The notes under the pieces were generated by a model. That model was not told the DNA's origin and made no database searches. It saw only the letters and a list, made by a program, of their open reading frames with translations. Below, in pieces: positions 50,285-61,503 of a DNA stretch of 64,000 bases (the stretch's first letter is position 1; each line of letters begins with the position of its first letter). Both the position numbers and the translations under genes were made by a program. The DNA comes from Rickettsiaceae bacterium (GTDB lineage: Bacteria > Pseudomonadota > Alphaproteobacteria > Rickettsiales > Rickettsiaceae): assembly GCA_045106635.1 (NCBI GenBank), contig JBGCEX010000022.1:5052-69051 (forward strand), read 5' to 3'.

Positions 50285-53200
50285 ATGACTCTTCCTGCTC
50301 TATGTATAAAAAGACCAGTTTTTACTATTGTCCTTAGTCTTATCATCGTGACTCTAGGAGGAATTTTCTATACTAAATTGCAAATAAGAGGCACTCCTAA
50401 CATTGCCCCTCCAATTATTTCAATCAGTGCCAATTATTCTGGAGCTGATGCTCTTTATATGGAAAAACAAATTACTACTCCCATAGAAAAAGAACTAAAA
50501 TTATTGAAAAACCTTGAATTCATGTCTTCAGAAAGTAGTGTTGGGGCAAGTAATATCACCCTTTCATTTAAATTAGACACTGATATTGAAATTGCTTTGA
50601 ATGATGTTAGATCTAAAATCTCCGACCTCAATTACAGTTTCCCTGACGACATGAAACAACCTTCGGCAGCAAAACTTGATTCAGATAGTTGGCCAAGCAT
50701 TTGGATCAGTATTAATAGTGACAGGCATGATAATCTTGAATTAACTAGAATTGCTGATGATCAAATAAAATCACCACTTGAAAAATTACCTACTGTTGGT
50801 AATTCAGTGATATTTGGTGGTAAATATTATTCTATGAGAATAGAACCCTATAATACAAAATTATTTGAGCATAAAATATCTCCTTTTGAAATAGAGCAAG
50901 CCATTAAGAACCAAAACAAAGATTACCCAGCTGGTACTATTAAATCTGAAGTTAGAAATTTTACTTTAAGATTAAACTCATCACTAAATAATCCAAAAGA
51001 ATTTGAAAATATAATTTTAAAGAAATATGCAGATGGCACGATCATTAAGCTTGGAGAAGTAGCTAAAATTTCGCTAGAGCCAATGGAAAATGATGTTATT
51101 TTAAGATATAACGGAAGAAGATCAATGGCTGTAGGTCTGATTAAACAATCAACAGCTAATATTATCGAGTTATCCGATAGTGTAAGAGAAGAATTAATTA
51201 AAATACGTTCTAATTTACCTACTGGAATTCAAGTAGAAATAGCCCACGATGCAGCTATTCCAGTTAAAGAGTCAATTAAAGAAGTGTTTTTCACTATATT
51301 TGAAGCCATTGCACTGGTTGGTTTAGTTACTTACATCTTCCTTGCCTCAGCCAAAATAACTCTTATTCCATTGGTTACAATACCTATTTCATTAATTGGA
51401 ACTTTTACAGCAATGTATTTCTTGGGATTTTCGATTAACACATTTACATTACTTGCCATGATTTTAGCAATAGGTCTGGTAGTTGACGATGCAATTGTAA
51501 TGCTAGAAAATATTTTTCGTCATAGTCATGAACTTGGAAAAACTCCCATGCAAGCAGCATATGATGCTTCTAGTGAAATTGGGTTTGCTGTTATTGCGAT
51601 GACAATCACTCTTGTATCTGTCTTTCTACCAATTGGTTTTATTGAAGGGTTTCTTGGTAAATTATTCATTGAATTTGCTTGGACACTAGCATTCTGTGTA
51701 TTATTTTCAGGGTTTGTTGCTCTAACCCTTACTCCAATGATGACAAGCAGAATGATTAGCAAATCAGAGACTCCTAAACCAAGAATTTTACAAAAATTTG
51801 ATCATTTTCTTCAAAATGTACAAAATACTTACATAGATTATTTAATATTATCAATTAAAAATAAAAAGAAGTTTTTTCTATTTTGTCTTGGCTCTGTGGC
51901 ATTACTAATTATCAGTTTTAAATATGTTGGCAAAACTTTTGTGCCAGAAGAAGATCAAGCTTTTTTACAAGTTATGTTTACAGGTCCAGAAGGATCAAGT
52001 GTTGCTGAATCAGAAAAAAGCGTATTGCAAGCTGAAGAAATCATGAAAAAAGATAAAGATATATTTGGTTTTTTTGCTGTTATTGGTTGGGGAGGTGGCG
52101 AAAGTGGTATGGCTTTTGTACCTTTACAAGAATGGAGCAAAAGAAAAAGATCACACACCGATATAAAAGATGACTTAAATCAAAAATTTTCAAGCATAGC
52201 TGGTATGTCAATATTTGCTACCAGCCCTAGATCTCTTGGCACTGGTAGATCTGATAAAATGGTAGAATTTAACTTACAAACCTCTCTTGAATATGATGAA
52301 ATTGATCAATTATCTACTAAATTTATTGATATTATGAAAAAAGATCCTTTGTTCCAAAATGTAGAAAGAGATTTTAAATCATCTACCCCAACATTAGAAA
52401 TTATAGTCAACCGTGAAAAAATCTATAGATATGGGGCAAATCTTGAAACAATTGGAAAAACTGTGCAATACCTAATCGCAGGAAGAACTGTTGGAGATTT
52501 TAGAATGGGTAATGACATTTACGATGTAATTCTTAGATACTCAGACGCTGAAAGAAGTAGCCCAGATGATTTGAACAGGATAATTATAAAAACCAATGAT
52601 AATAATGTTATACCTCTTCAATCAGTTGCTGATATAGTAGAAAAAACAACTGTTAAGGAATATAAACATTATAATACATCTAAAACTATTACTATTAGTT
52701 CTGATCTATCACCAGATAAAACACTAGCTGATGCTATTAAAGCAATAGATTCGATATCAGAGGACTTAATTAATAAAGATAACACTAAATTGGAATATTT
52801 AGAACAAATCAAACAAATGAACGAATCTTCTGTAGGAACATTAACAACTTTTCTTTTTGCTCTAATTTTTATATTTTTAGTTTTATCAGCTCAATTTGAA
52901 AGCTTTTCTGATTCTATTTTAATTTTAATGGCTGTACCATTTTCAATTACTGGAGGAGTACTTGCATTATGGTTATTTAATAATACTATAAATATGTATA
53001 GTAATATTGGGTTAGTTACTCTCATTGGATTAGTTACTAAAAATGCTATAATGCTTGTAGAATTTACTAATCAGTTACGTCACCAAGGTTTAAAAATTAA
53101 TGAAGCTGTTCTTCAATCAGCAAAACTTCGTTTGCGACCAATTTTAATGACAAGTATTGCAACTATTTGTGGAGCTCTCCCCTTAGTTTTAGCGAATGGA

Positions 53201-53332
53201 GCTGGAGCTGAATCTCGCAACTCTATAGGCCTTGTCATTGTTGGAGGAATGTTAGTTGGCACCTTATTTACGATATTCGTAATTCCAGTATTATATCAAA
53301 CTTTTAAAAAAGAAAGATCATTAGTGGATTAA
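50285..53332 (+). CDS. RND-family efflux transporter (AcrB/AcrD/AcrF family)
   Basis: 1015 aa with 12-TM topology, two large periplasmic loops and typical N-terminus PALCIKRPVFTIVLSL. Confidence 0.92.
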   Translation: MTLPALCIKRPVFTIVLSLIIVTLGGIFYTKLQIRGTPNIAPPIISISANYSGADALYMEKQITTPIEKELKLLKNLEFMSSESSVGASNITLSFKLDTDIEIALNDVRSKISDLNYSFPDDMKQPSAAKLDSDSWPSIWISINSDRHDNLELTRIADDQIKSPLEKLPTVGNSVIFGGKYYSMRIEPYNTKLFEHKISPFEIEQAIKNQNKDYPAGTIKSEVRNFTLRLNSSLNNPKEFENIILKKYADGTIIKLGEVAKISLEPMENDVILRYNGRRSMAVGLIKQSTANIIELSDSVREELIKIRSNLPTGIQVEIAHDAAIPVKESIKEVFFTIFEAIALVGLVTYIFLASAKITLIPLVTIPISLIGTFTAMYFLGFSINTFTLLAMILAIGLVVDDAIVMLENIFRHSHELGKTPMQAAYDASSEIGFAVIAMTITLVSVFLPIGFIEGFLGKLFIEFAWTLAFCVLFSGFVALTLTPMMTSRMISKSETPKPRILQKFDHFLQNVQNTYIDYLILSIKNKKKFFLFCLGSVALLIISFKYVGKTFVPEEDQAFLQVMFTGPEGSSVAESEKSVLQAEEIMKKDKDIFGFFAVIGWGGGESGMAFVPLQEWSKRKRSHTDIKDDLNQKFSSIAGMSIFATSPRSLGTGRSDKMVEFNLQTSLEYDEIDQLSTKFIDIMKKDPLFQNVERDFKSSTPTLEIIVNREKIYRYGANLETIGKTVQYLIAGRTVGDFRMGNDIYDVILRYSDAERSSPDDLNRIIIKTNDNNVIPLQSVADIVEKTTVKEYKHYNTSKTITISSDLSPDKTLADAIKAIDSISEDLINKDNTKLEYLEQIKQMNESSVGTLTTFLFALIFIFLVLSAQFESFSDSILILMAVPFSITGGVLALWLFNNTINMYSNIGLVTLIGLVTKNAIMLVEFTNQLRHQGLKINEAVLQSAKLRLRPILMTSIATICGALPLVLANGAGAESRNSIGLVIVGGMLVGTLFTIFVIPVLYQTFKKERSLVD

Positions 53333-53340
53333 ATTAAATT

Positions 53341-53814
53341 ATGAAAATATTAGGTATAGACCCAGCTCTTACTTCTCTTGGATGGGGTTTAATAATGCTA
53401 AACTCACCTAAAATTAACTATATAGCAAGTGGCTTGGTAAAAACAAAATCTACTGAGTTAATGCATAAGAGACTTTATCATATAGTGGGAGCAATCGAGA
53501 ATATTATCGAAACTTATAATCCAGATTTAATAGCTATGGAAGAAACTTTTATCAATAAAAATGCTGTTTCTTCTTTAAAACTTGGTTATGTAAGAGGGGC
53601 AGTAATGTCATTGATTGGTAAATTTGATAAACCATATTTTGAATACAACCCAAATTTAATCAAAAAAACTGTAGTAGGAGCTGGCCATGCTGAAAAACAT
53701 CAAATGGCACATATGATAAAACTTATAGTATCTGGCACTCATAATCTCAAAAATCTTGATGAAGTAGATGCACTAGCAGTCGCATATACCTGCTCTGTAT
53801 TATTTACAAAATGA
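53341..53814 (+). CDS. ruvC: crossover junction endodeoxyribonuclease RuvC
   Basis: MKILGIDPALTSLGWG start and AMEETF acidic motif; 157 aa. Confidence 0.92.
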   Translation: MKILGIDPALTSLGWGLIMLNSPKINYIASGLVKTKSTELMHKRLYHIVGAIENIIETYNPDLIAMEETFINKNAVSSLKLGYVRGAVMSLIGKFDKPYFEYNPNLIKKTVVGAGHAEKHQMAHMIKLIVSGTHNLKNLDEVDALAVAYTCSVLFTK

Positions 53815-53898
53815 TACTCTTATTTAAATTGATCAATTATATATTTATTACTATAATTAATCTATCAGGGTGTTATCAACATAATAAGTGTAGTTGTT

Positions 53899-54216
53899 AT
53901 GTCAAAAAAGAAAGAAATTAGCAAAGAATCTTATAAAAGTTTTTTTAATAAACCCCTAATGAATATGGCAATAGGAAGTTATAAAGGAGAAGTATTTCAA
54001 TACGTCTCTAGAGAAAATTGTATAGTAACTTCAAAACAAGGAGAGTTATTATATAAAGAAGATTTACGTAGCAATGCTACAATTATTGTTGCCACAAATA
54101 AGCATTTCATTTTTGTAAAAAGTAACCTTTTACCAAAAACAATTGAATGCTTTCCTAATCAACCAGAAGAATGGGTTCAAGAACTATTGGGCTCTTCTAT
54201 ATCACCAGAAGTGTAA
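53899..54216 (+). CDS. hypothetical protein (105 aa)
   Basis: Open frame only. No family recognised. Confidence 0.4.
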   Translation: MSKKKEISKESYKSFFNKPLMNMAIGSYKGEVFQYVSRENCIVTSKQGELLYKEDLRSNATIIVATNKHFIFVKSNLLPKTIECFPNQPEEWVQELLGSSISPEV

Positions 54217-54237
54217 GTATAATTTAAAGCCAATATA

Positions 54238-55089
54238 ATGATACATAAATTAAAGGTTCAACAAAAAAAAACTATCAATTTCTATAATTTATTCATATAT
54301 GTATTTTTAATTTTGCTAGCATTAGAACCAGGAACAAATTTCTTTTTAAGATTATATAATAATAAATATTCAAAATTTATAGCTTGTCCTAAAACACCAT
54401 TTAACGGAGCACGTGATATCTATTTTAGTCAACGGCATGAGGATTATATATTAGCAAATGTTTTTTCTAATTTAGATAAAGGTTTTTATGTCGATGTTGG
54501 AGCTCACGACCCAGATCAGCTTAGTGTTACTAAATATTTCTATCAACGGGGCTGGCGTGGAATAAATTTTGAACCATTAGTCAAATACCATGAAAGACTC
54601 AAACAAAAAAGACCTGAGGACAAAAATATCAACAAAGCTGTTAGTAACAAAAAAGAAATTTTATCGCTATATGTCCCCATGAAACGTGATACATTGTCTA
54701 GTTTTGATAAAAACATTATTTCCAAAATTTTCAGTAATAATATAGAAGAATATAAAGTAGAAACTGTTACTTTAACAGAAGTGTTTCAAGAATTAAAAAT
54801 CAAAGAAATTGATTTTTTAAAAGTAGATGTAGAAGGAGCTGAAGATAAAGTTATTGCTGGCTTAGATTTTAATCAATTTAGACCTAAAATTATAGTACTA
54901 GAGTTTTTGTCACTAGTTGACAAAAATGGTGAGAAAAAGTTTGGCCCTATAATGAAAGAAAATGGATATATACTTGGTACTTCAGATACACTAAATCATT
55001 ATTATTATCGTCAAGAGAGCCCTGAATTGGGAATGAAATTAAATAGAATAGGTAAGTGCGCTGCTTTAGATTTAGTAAATATGAATTAA
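54238..55089 (+). CDS. FkbM-family methyltransferase
   Basis: N-terminal TM, SAM-binding start YVDVGAH, and the family-typical IDFLKVDVEGAE and IIVLEF. Confidence 0.75.
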   Translation: MIHKLKVQQKKTINFYNLFIYVFLILLALEPGTNFFLRLYNNKYSKFIACPKTPFNGARDIYFSQRHEDYILANVFSNLDKGFYVDVGAHDPDQLSVTKYFYQRGWRGINFEPLVKYHERLKQKRPEDKNINKAVSNKKEILSLYVPMKRDTLSSFDKNIISKIFSNNIEEYKVETVTLTEVFQELKIKEIDFLKVDVEGAEDKVIAGLDFNQFRPKIIVLEFLSLVDKNGEKKFGPIMKENGYILGTSDTLNHYYYRQESPELGMKLNRIGKCAALDLVNMN

Positions 55090-55128
55090 TCTCTATTAAA
55101 CCTATCTGATTGCCCAAACAATTTAGCA

Positions 55129-55983
55129 CTATAATTGGTTCAGAGGTATTTTTATATATTGGATTTGATTAGACTCAGGATTGCCTAAATTTCCAGCACG
55201 CATATTAACCTGAATTGAAGGTAATAAAAGACGTGGTACGGGTAAAGTCTTATCTTTTGCTTTTCGTTTTTCTATATAAGTATCTTCACTAATAGACTGA
55301 GCTATCATAATATTATCAGCTTTCTGCTGAGCAACAGTCGATTCACAACTAGGCTTATCTATTCCTGATGGATAATCATGACACGTAAAAATACGTGTTT
55401 CATCTGGTAATGATAAGATTCTCTGTATTGATTGATAAAGAGTTTTTGCATCACCTCCTGGAAAATCAGCTCGCGCCGTTCCTACACATGGCATAAAAAT
55501 TGTATCACCAACAAATATTGAATCACCAATAATATAACTTATACATGCAGGAGTATGCCCTGGTGTAGCCATTACTCTGGCCTCTAATAAACCAATAGTA
55601 AATATTTCTCCATCTTTAAATAAATGATCAAATTGTGAACCATCTAACGGTGTACTATCTGATGTATTAAATAATGGCACCCCAAATTTTAGCACTTCTT
55701 TAATATTCTCACCAATACCAACTTTAGTTTCTAGTTTTTCCTTTAAATAATGAGCTCCTGTTAGGTGATCTGCATGAACATGCGTTTCAAGAATCCACTC
55801 TACTTGTAAATTTTTATGTTTTATATAATCTAAAATTTTCTCAACAGAATAGGTACTTATTTTACCTGATTGTGGTTGGTAATCTAACACAGGGTCTATA
55901 ATAGCACATTTACTTGTCTTTTCATCACTTACTACATAAGTAAAAGTAAACGTATCTGGATCAAAGAAATGTTTAATATACAT
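55129..55983 (-). CDS. MBL-fold metallo-hydrolase (persulfide dioxygenase/ETHE1-Blh-like)
   Basis: HVHADH metal motif, PGHTPA, GDTIF...GTARADFPGGDA and CHDY pattern. Confidence 0.78.
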   Translation of the reverse strand: MYIKHFFDPDTFTFTYVVSDEKTSKCAIIDPVLDYQPQSGKISTYSVEKILDYIKHKNLQVEWILETHVHADHLTGAHYLKEKLETKVGIGENIKEVLKFGVPLFNTSDSTPLDGSQFDHLFKDGEIFTIGLLEARVMATPGHTPACISYIIGDSIFVGDTIFMPCVGTARADFPGGDAKTLYQSIQRILSLPDETRIFTCHDYPSGIDKPSCESTVAQQKADNIMIAQSISEDTYIEKRKAKDKTLPVPRLLLPSIQVNMRAGNLGNPESNQIQYIKIPLNQL

Positions 55984-56049
55984 TTTATCTACCTCTTAAT
56001 AATTACTTCCACTTATGTTTAGTAATTAAAAAATAGTAAATTATAATTA

Positions 56050-58338
56050 CTATTTTTTGTTATTGATAGAATCCATCGCAGCAAAAGCTGCTACTTCTAA
56101 AATATCCGTTGCAGAAGATCCCATAGGAATAATTTGTACTGGATACTCAAAACCATTTAAAATTGGACCAATAAACACTTCTCCTGCAAGTTCTTCGAGC
56201 AAATGCGCTGAAATAGAAGCAGAATGAAGACCTGGCATAATAAGAACATTAGCAGGACCATTTAGTCTGCAGAAAGGGTACAGTTTTTGCAAATCAGTAT
56301 TTAAAGCAACTTCCGCTGACATTTCTCCGTCATATTCAAAATCTAAATTCATTTTATCGAGCATTGTGATTGCATCACGAATTCGTACAAAACTCTCCCG
56401 AAGTGGGTTACCAAAATTAGAAAAAGATACTATAGCAATTCTTGGCTTGTACCCCATAGATTTTGCAACTTCTGCTGTCTGCAAAGTAATTTCTACTAAG
56501 TCCTGAGCTTGAGGAAGTTCACAAATAGTATTATCAGCAAAAATTATGTTATGCTCTTTTGCAAGCATTATGGAATAACCTATAATTCTTTTATCTTTTT
56601 TAGGCCTAATTACTTTAGATATATCATCTATACTATCATAGTAACTTTTTGTAAGGCCTGTTACCATAGCATCAGCATCACCACAAGCTATCATACAGGC
56701 TGCAAAAATATTTCGATCAGATTTCACAAGACGCGCACAATCTCTATATAAATATCCCTTACGTTGTAGTTTTTTATAAAGATAATCTATATATTTATCC
56801 ACATTATTATTAATTGCAGCATTCATAACTGTAATATTCTCAAGAGAATATCCCTCTCCCAACTCTTCAACAATTGGATCAATTTTACTATGTCTACCAA
56901 CAATAATTGGCTCTCCATAGTGCTCATCACGCATCATCATTGCGGCTTTTACTACTTCTTCTTCCTCTCCTTCAGCAAAAATAACTCTCTGTAAAGGAGC
57001 ATGGCTAATTTTATCAAACAAGAAATGCATATAGTTTGAAGTAGGATTTAACCGGCTTGCAAGCTCTGCTTTGTATTTTTTAAAATCAATCTCTTTCACT
57101 TTTGCTACTCCGCTTTTTATTGCAGCTTGCGCTACTGCTAATGGAATAGTGGTAATTAATCTTGGATCAAAAGGAACAGGTATAATATAGTTAGGTCCAA
57201 AACATTTTCTTTGTCTATTATAAGCACGATACACTTCTTCTGGCACTGGTTTTCTAGCAAGTTCTGCTAAAGCATGGGCTGCAGCTATCTTCATTTCTTC
57301 ATTAATGTCAGTAGCTCTTACATCAAGAGCTCCCCTAAAAATATAAGGAAAACCCATCACATTATTGACTTGATTATCATAATCTGATCTACCAGTAGCT
57401 ATAATTGCATCATCTCGAACTGATTTTATGTCTTCAGGAGTAATTTCTGGATCAGGGTTAGCCATTGCAAAAATTATTGGATTCTTAGCCATAGAAGCAA
57501 CCATTTCTTTTGTCATAGCACCTTTTACAGATAATCCTAAAAATACATCAGCATTTTTTATAGCATCACTTAATGTTCGGTGCTGGGTAATAGCAGCTTT
57601 TTCTTCTTTCCATTTATTCATTCTTTCAGCACGTCCTTTGTAAATAACCCCATGAGTATCACAAAGAATAACATTATCTTTCTTGACTCCAAGCGAGATA
57701 GCAAGATTAATACATGACATTGCAGCAGCACCAGCACCATTAACTACCATTTTAATTTCAGACATTTTTCTTTTTGTCAAAAACACAGCATTTATTAAAG
57801 CAGCACCAGTAATTATAGCCGTACCGTGTTGATCATCATGAAATACTGGAATATCCATTAGCTTGTTTAACTTTTCTTCAATTACAAAACACTCAGGAGC
57901 TTTTATATCTTCCAGATTAATTCCACCCCAACTATAACCAAGATGCTTTACTGTATTAATAAACTCATCAGGATCTGTAGTATCCACCTCTAAATCAAAA
58001 CAATCAATATCAGCAAATTTTTTAAATAATACTGCTTTACCTTCCATCACTGGTTTAGAGGCAGCTGCCCCTAAATTACCAAGACCTAAAACAGCTGTAC
58101 CATTAGAAATTACTGCTACTGTATTACCTCTAGCAGTATATCTATATATATCATCTGGGTTATTTTTTATTTCAAGACAAGGTGCTGCAACACCTGGAGA
58201 ATAAGCCAAAGCTAGATCATGTTGGGTCAAAAGTTGTTTCGTAGGCCTTAAAGCAATCTTGCCAGCTTGACCTTTTTCGTGATATTCCAAAGCTTTTATG
58301 TAATCAGGTGAATGTTTTTTATCCATTTTAATATTCAA
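56050..58338 (-). CDS. maeB: NADP-dependent malic enzyme (malic enzyme + PTA-like domain)
   Basis: 762 aa. N-terminal malic enzyme ([26 protein letters not shown]) fused to a C-terminal phosphate-acetyltransferase-like domain. Confidence 0.93.
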   Translation of the reverse strand: MNIKMDKKHSPDYIKALEYHEKGQAGKIALRPTKQLLTQHDLALAYSPGVAAPCLEIKNNPDDIYRYTARGNTVAVISNGTAVLGLGNLGAAASKPVMEGKAVLFKKFADIDCFDLEVDTTDPDEFINTVKHLGYSWGGINLEDIKAPECFVIEEKLNKLMDIPVFHDDQHGTAIITGAALINAVFLTKRKMSEIKMVVNGAGAAAMSCINLAISLGVKKDNVILCDTHGVIYKGRAERMNKWKEEKAAITQHRTLSDAIKNADVFLGLSVKGAMTKEMVASMAKNPIIFAMANPDPEITPEDIKSVRDDAIIATGRSDYDNQVNNVMGFPYIFRGALDVRATDINEEMKIAAAHALAELARKPVPEEVYRAYNRQRKCFGPNYIIPVPFDPRLITTIPLAVAQAAIKSGVAKVKEIDFKKYKAELASRLNPTSNYMHFLFDKISHAPLQRVIFAEGEEEEVVKAAMMMRDEHYGEPIIVGRHSKIDPIVEELGEGYSLENITVMNAAINNNVDKYIDYLYKKLQRKGYLYRDCARLVKSDRNIFAACMIACGDADAMVTGLTKSYYDSIDDISKVIRPKKDKRIIGYSIMLAKEHNIIFADNTICELPQAQDLVEITLQTAEVAKSMGYKPRIAIVSFSNFGNPLRESFVRIRDAITMLDKMNLDFEYDGEMSAEVALNTDLQKLYPFCRLNGPANVLIMPGLHSASISAHLLEELAGEVFIGPILNGFEYPVQIIPMGSSATDILEVAAFAAMDSINNKK

Positions 58339-58359
58339 TGTTTGATGATCAATTATCCG

Positions 58360-59295
58360 TCAACCAAGGATATACACAAGTATTGATAATGACAAGACAG
58401 AAAATATAGTAGTAAACGTAATTATTGAAGACATTGTCTCTGGGTCGCCACCAAGTTGTCTGGATAAAATATATGCAGAACTAGCACATGGCAAGCAACT
58501 AAATAAAATACCAACAGATTTTGCAATACCCGTAATTGCCATGATCCATAAAATTAAAAAAGTTATTATTGGTGTAATGATAAGTTTTATAAAACTTGCA
58601 GAAATAATAATCTTCATATTTTCGGGTTTAATCTTAAATTTCAAACTTGCTCCAACAATCAGTATACCAATTGTTAAAGCTGAATCAGCTAAACTATCGA
58701 TAGTTTTCTCAATACCAGCATTTAAATCAATTTGAAGATAATTAAATACAAAACCAACAAGGCTAGCAATAACAAAAGGATTGGCAATTATAGACTTGAA
58801 CATTAGTACTATACTTCGCTTTTTTGATGCTCCTCTACTATTTTGTGGTATATAATGAACAAAACACATTATGGATGTTACATTAGTTAGCACTATCATA
58901 TACGGTGATATACTGGCGGCCACCACTGATAATCCAACATCTCCAAACAAAGCTGAACTCAGAGCAAATAAAATATAATTATTATATCTAGTAGCTCCTT
59001 GAAATAAAGATGTAAATTGAGCTTTATCATAATTTTCTCTTGTTTGATAATATATTGCAAGAGCTGCAACCACTAAATGTGATATTACCAGAGCAAATAC
59101 TAATCGAAAAAATTCTGATGAAGCAAGTTCAAGTTTATATACGCTACTAAATAAAACAGCAGGAAACAAAAGATAAAAAGATAATTTTTCAAGCCCACGC
59201 CAAAATTCATCAGAAACAAGCCACTTCTTTCTAATAAAACTCCCAATAAGAGCTATTAAAACAATAGGCAACACATTACAAAAAACACTATACAT
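58360..59295 (-). CDS. AEC (auxin efflux carrier) family transporter
   Basis: 311-aa, 10-TM protein with a family-like N-terminus. Confidence 0.78.
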   Translation of the reverse strand: MYSVFCNVLPIVLIALIGSFIRKKWLVSDEFWRGLEKLSFYLLFPAVLFSSVYKLELASSEFFRLVFALVISHLVVAALAIYYQTRENYDKAQFTSLFQGATRYNNYILFALSSALFGDVGLSVVAASISPYMIVLTNVTSIMCFVHYIPQNSRGASKKRSIVLMFKSIIANPFVIASLVGFVFNYLQIDLNAGIEKTIDSLADSALTIGILIVGASLKFKIKPENMKIIISASFIKLIITPIITFLILWIMAITGIAKSVGILFSCLPCASSAYILSRQLGGDPETMSSIITFTTIFSVLSLSILVYILG

Positions 59296-59417
59296 GCTTA
59301 TTTTTTTATTTTGATAGATAAACTAAGTTATTTAAAAAAGATCTTGATTACAATAACAATTATACTATAGCAAATCAAGAATAGCTTCTAAGATTTTTTT
59401 ACAAAGCTTTAAACAAA

Positions 59418-59534
59418 CTACGCCGAAAGCTTTACTATAGTCACTGCATAGATCAAAGCAATAATAGAAAAAATTATTAACATTACCACATAATTCTTTC
59501 TTTTTAACTCAGGTGGCAAATTACTCTTTTTCAT
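59418..59534 (-). CDS. candidate 38-aa single-TM peptide (untracked small ORF)
   Basis: MKKSNLPPELKRKNYVVMLIIFSIIALIYAVTIVKLSA. Basic N-terminus plus one TM. No clear SD, so weak. Confidence 0.25.
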   Translation of the reverse strand: MKKSNLPPELKRKNYVVMLIIFSIIALIYAVTIVKLSA

Positions 59535-59696
59535 CGATTCATACTGATTAAGTATTTTCCTAACATATAACTAACTACTAAAACTATACACTTAATTTAT
59601 CGATAACAAAACATTTTTTAACATTCATGTTGAATGTTTTTATTAATCTTAGATTAGATAGATTTAAGTATTAAAAATTAAAAATAATATCTAGGG

Positions 59697-60260
59697 TTAT
59701 TCAATTTGCCCTTCATCATTTATAGCTCCAGCTACTACAAAATCTTCTTTTGTTATTTCTATATCTTGATTTATATCATCAATTATATCAAAAGATGCCA
59801 TAGATCTTTTTAATTTCTCTCTTCCCTCTTCTGTTGACTCTTGCATCTTACGCTCCTTAAAAAAGTGTATATGCACAGCACTTCTATCTACTTCAAATCT
59901 CTCAGTCAAGTAACTCAGTTGAATTGTTTTTTCAAAATAAGCAATTAGATTAGTAGATCTTTGTGACTTAGCTATATCCACTGGAGTCAATTTTTCACCA
60001 TTTTGCAATTGGATTTCAGATCCCAAATTCACCAATATTTGAACCAAATGTTCCTGCTTGTTTTTTACAGCTAAATGCAGAGCAGTATTACCTTCACTAT
60101 CCATACATTTAAGATTAATCAACTTTCCTTGATTTAACAGCAACCCTGCAGCATAAAATTTATGAGTGCCTAGTAATTCAAGCAAAAATCTTCCATTTCC
60201 ATTTTGTTCGTCTACTGTTCTTGCTTTCACATGATGCAACTTAGACATAATATTTCCCAA
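59697..60260 (-). CDS. ankyrin-repeat protein
   Basis: At least two clear ANK repeats (GNTALHLAVKNKQEHLVQILVNLGSEIQLQNGEKLTPVDIA). No signal peptide; acidic C-terminal region. Confidence 0.8.
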   Translation of the reverse strand: MGNIMSKLHHVKARTVDEQNGNGRFLLELLGTHKFYAAGLLLNQGKLINLKCMDSEGNTALHLAVKNKQEHLVQILVNLGSEIQLQNGEKLTPVDIAKSQRSTNLIAYFEKTIQLSYLTERFEVDRSAVHIHFFKERKMQESTEEGREKLKRSMASFDIIDDINQDIEITKEDFVVAGAINDEGQIE

Positions 60261-60367
60261 ACTATATTAAAAAGTACACATAGCTTTATTGTAACATAAA
60301 TTAATCTAAACTAACAGAGTTACAGTTAACTCTGTTAGTTTATACTGCTCTATATCAACAGATATTC

Positions 60368-61498
60368 TTGAAAAATAAGAATAAAAAGTATAGACTCCTG
60401 AAAAATAATTTAAATGACAAAATAGTAATGAGTTTTCAAGAAAATCTAGATAAGATTTTAATTAAACACCAAGAATTATCAAATAAACTTTCTACTGGTA
60501 TTAAAGGTGAAGAGTTTGTTAAATGCTCAAAAGAATATTCAGACCTTCAAGAAGTCGTGCATCAGATTAACGATTACAACAAAGCTGTCAAAGATCTAAA
60601 CGATGCTAAGGAATTCTTGAAAGATAAAACTCTGGATTCCGAGACAAAAGAAATGATTGAGCAAGAGATTTACGATTTAAATGAAAAAATTCCTAAACTT
60701 GAAACAGAAGTAAAAGTTGCTTTATTACCAAAAGATGAAGCTGACAGCAAAAGCGCAATAATAGAAGTACGTGCTGGCACAGGTGGTGAAGAAGCAGCGT
60801 TGTTTGCAGCAAGCTTATTTGGTATGTATCACCGTTATGCTGATCTTAAAGGTTGGAAATTTGAAATATTATCTATTTCAGAAATTGGCGTAGGTGGCTA
60901 TAAAGAAGCATCAGCATCTATAAAAGGCCATAGTGTATTTTCTAAACTCAAATTTGAATCTGGTGTACATAGGGTACAAAGAGTACCACAAACTGAATCA
61001 AGTGGTAGAATTCATACGTCTGCAGCTACAGTTGCTGTATTGCCAGAAGCAGAAGAAGTAGATATTAAAATTGAGGAAAAAGACTTAAGAATAGATACAT
61101 ACAGAGCTTCAGGTGCTGGAGGGCAACACGTTAACACAACAGATTCAGCAGTTAGAATTACTCATATCCCAACAGGGGTAGTAGTATGCCAACAAGATGA
61201 AAAATCTCAACACAAAAATAAAGCAAAAGCACTGAAAATTTTACGTTCAAGAATTTATGAAGAAGAACGTCAAAAAAGAGAAGTTGAACGCTCAAGTTCC
61301 AGAAAAAGCCAAGTTGGTTCTGGTGACCGATCAGAACGCATCAGAACTTACAATTTCCCTCAAGGTCGTGTTACCGATCATCGAATTAATCTTACTTTAT
61401 ATAAAATTGATCAAGTTGTAAAAGAAGGGAATCTAGATGAATTTATTCAAGCACTTATCTCCCATGATGAAGCAAAACGTCTTGCAGAAGAAATTTAA
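60368..61498 (+). CDS. prfA: peptide chain release factor 1
   Basis: RF1 PxT tripeptide (PQT), GGQ motif ([16 protein letters not shown]). Likely start is the ATG at 60428. Confidence 0.95.
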   Translation: MKNKNKKYRLLKNNLNDKIVMSFQENLDKILIKHQELSNKLSTGIKGEEFVKCSKEYSDLQEVVHQINDYNKAVKDLNDAKEFLKDKTLDSETKEMIEQEIYDLNEKIPKLETEVKVALLPKDEADSKSAIIEVRAGTGGEEAALFAASLFGMYHRYADLKGWKFEILSISEIGVGGYKEASASIKGHSVFSKLKFESGVHRVQRVPQTESSGRIHTSAATVAVLPEAEEVDIKIEEKDLRIDTYRASGAGGQHVNTTDSAVRITHIPTGVVVCQQDEKSQHKNKAKALKILRSRIYEEERQKREVERSSSRKSQVGSGDRSERIRTYNFPQGRVTDHRINLTLYKIDQVVKEGNLDEFIQALISHDEAKRLAEEI

Positions 61499-61503
61499 AT
61501 TAA

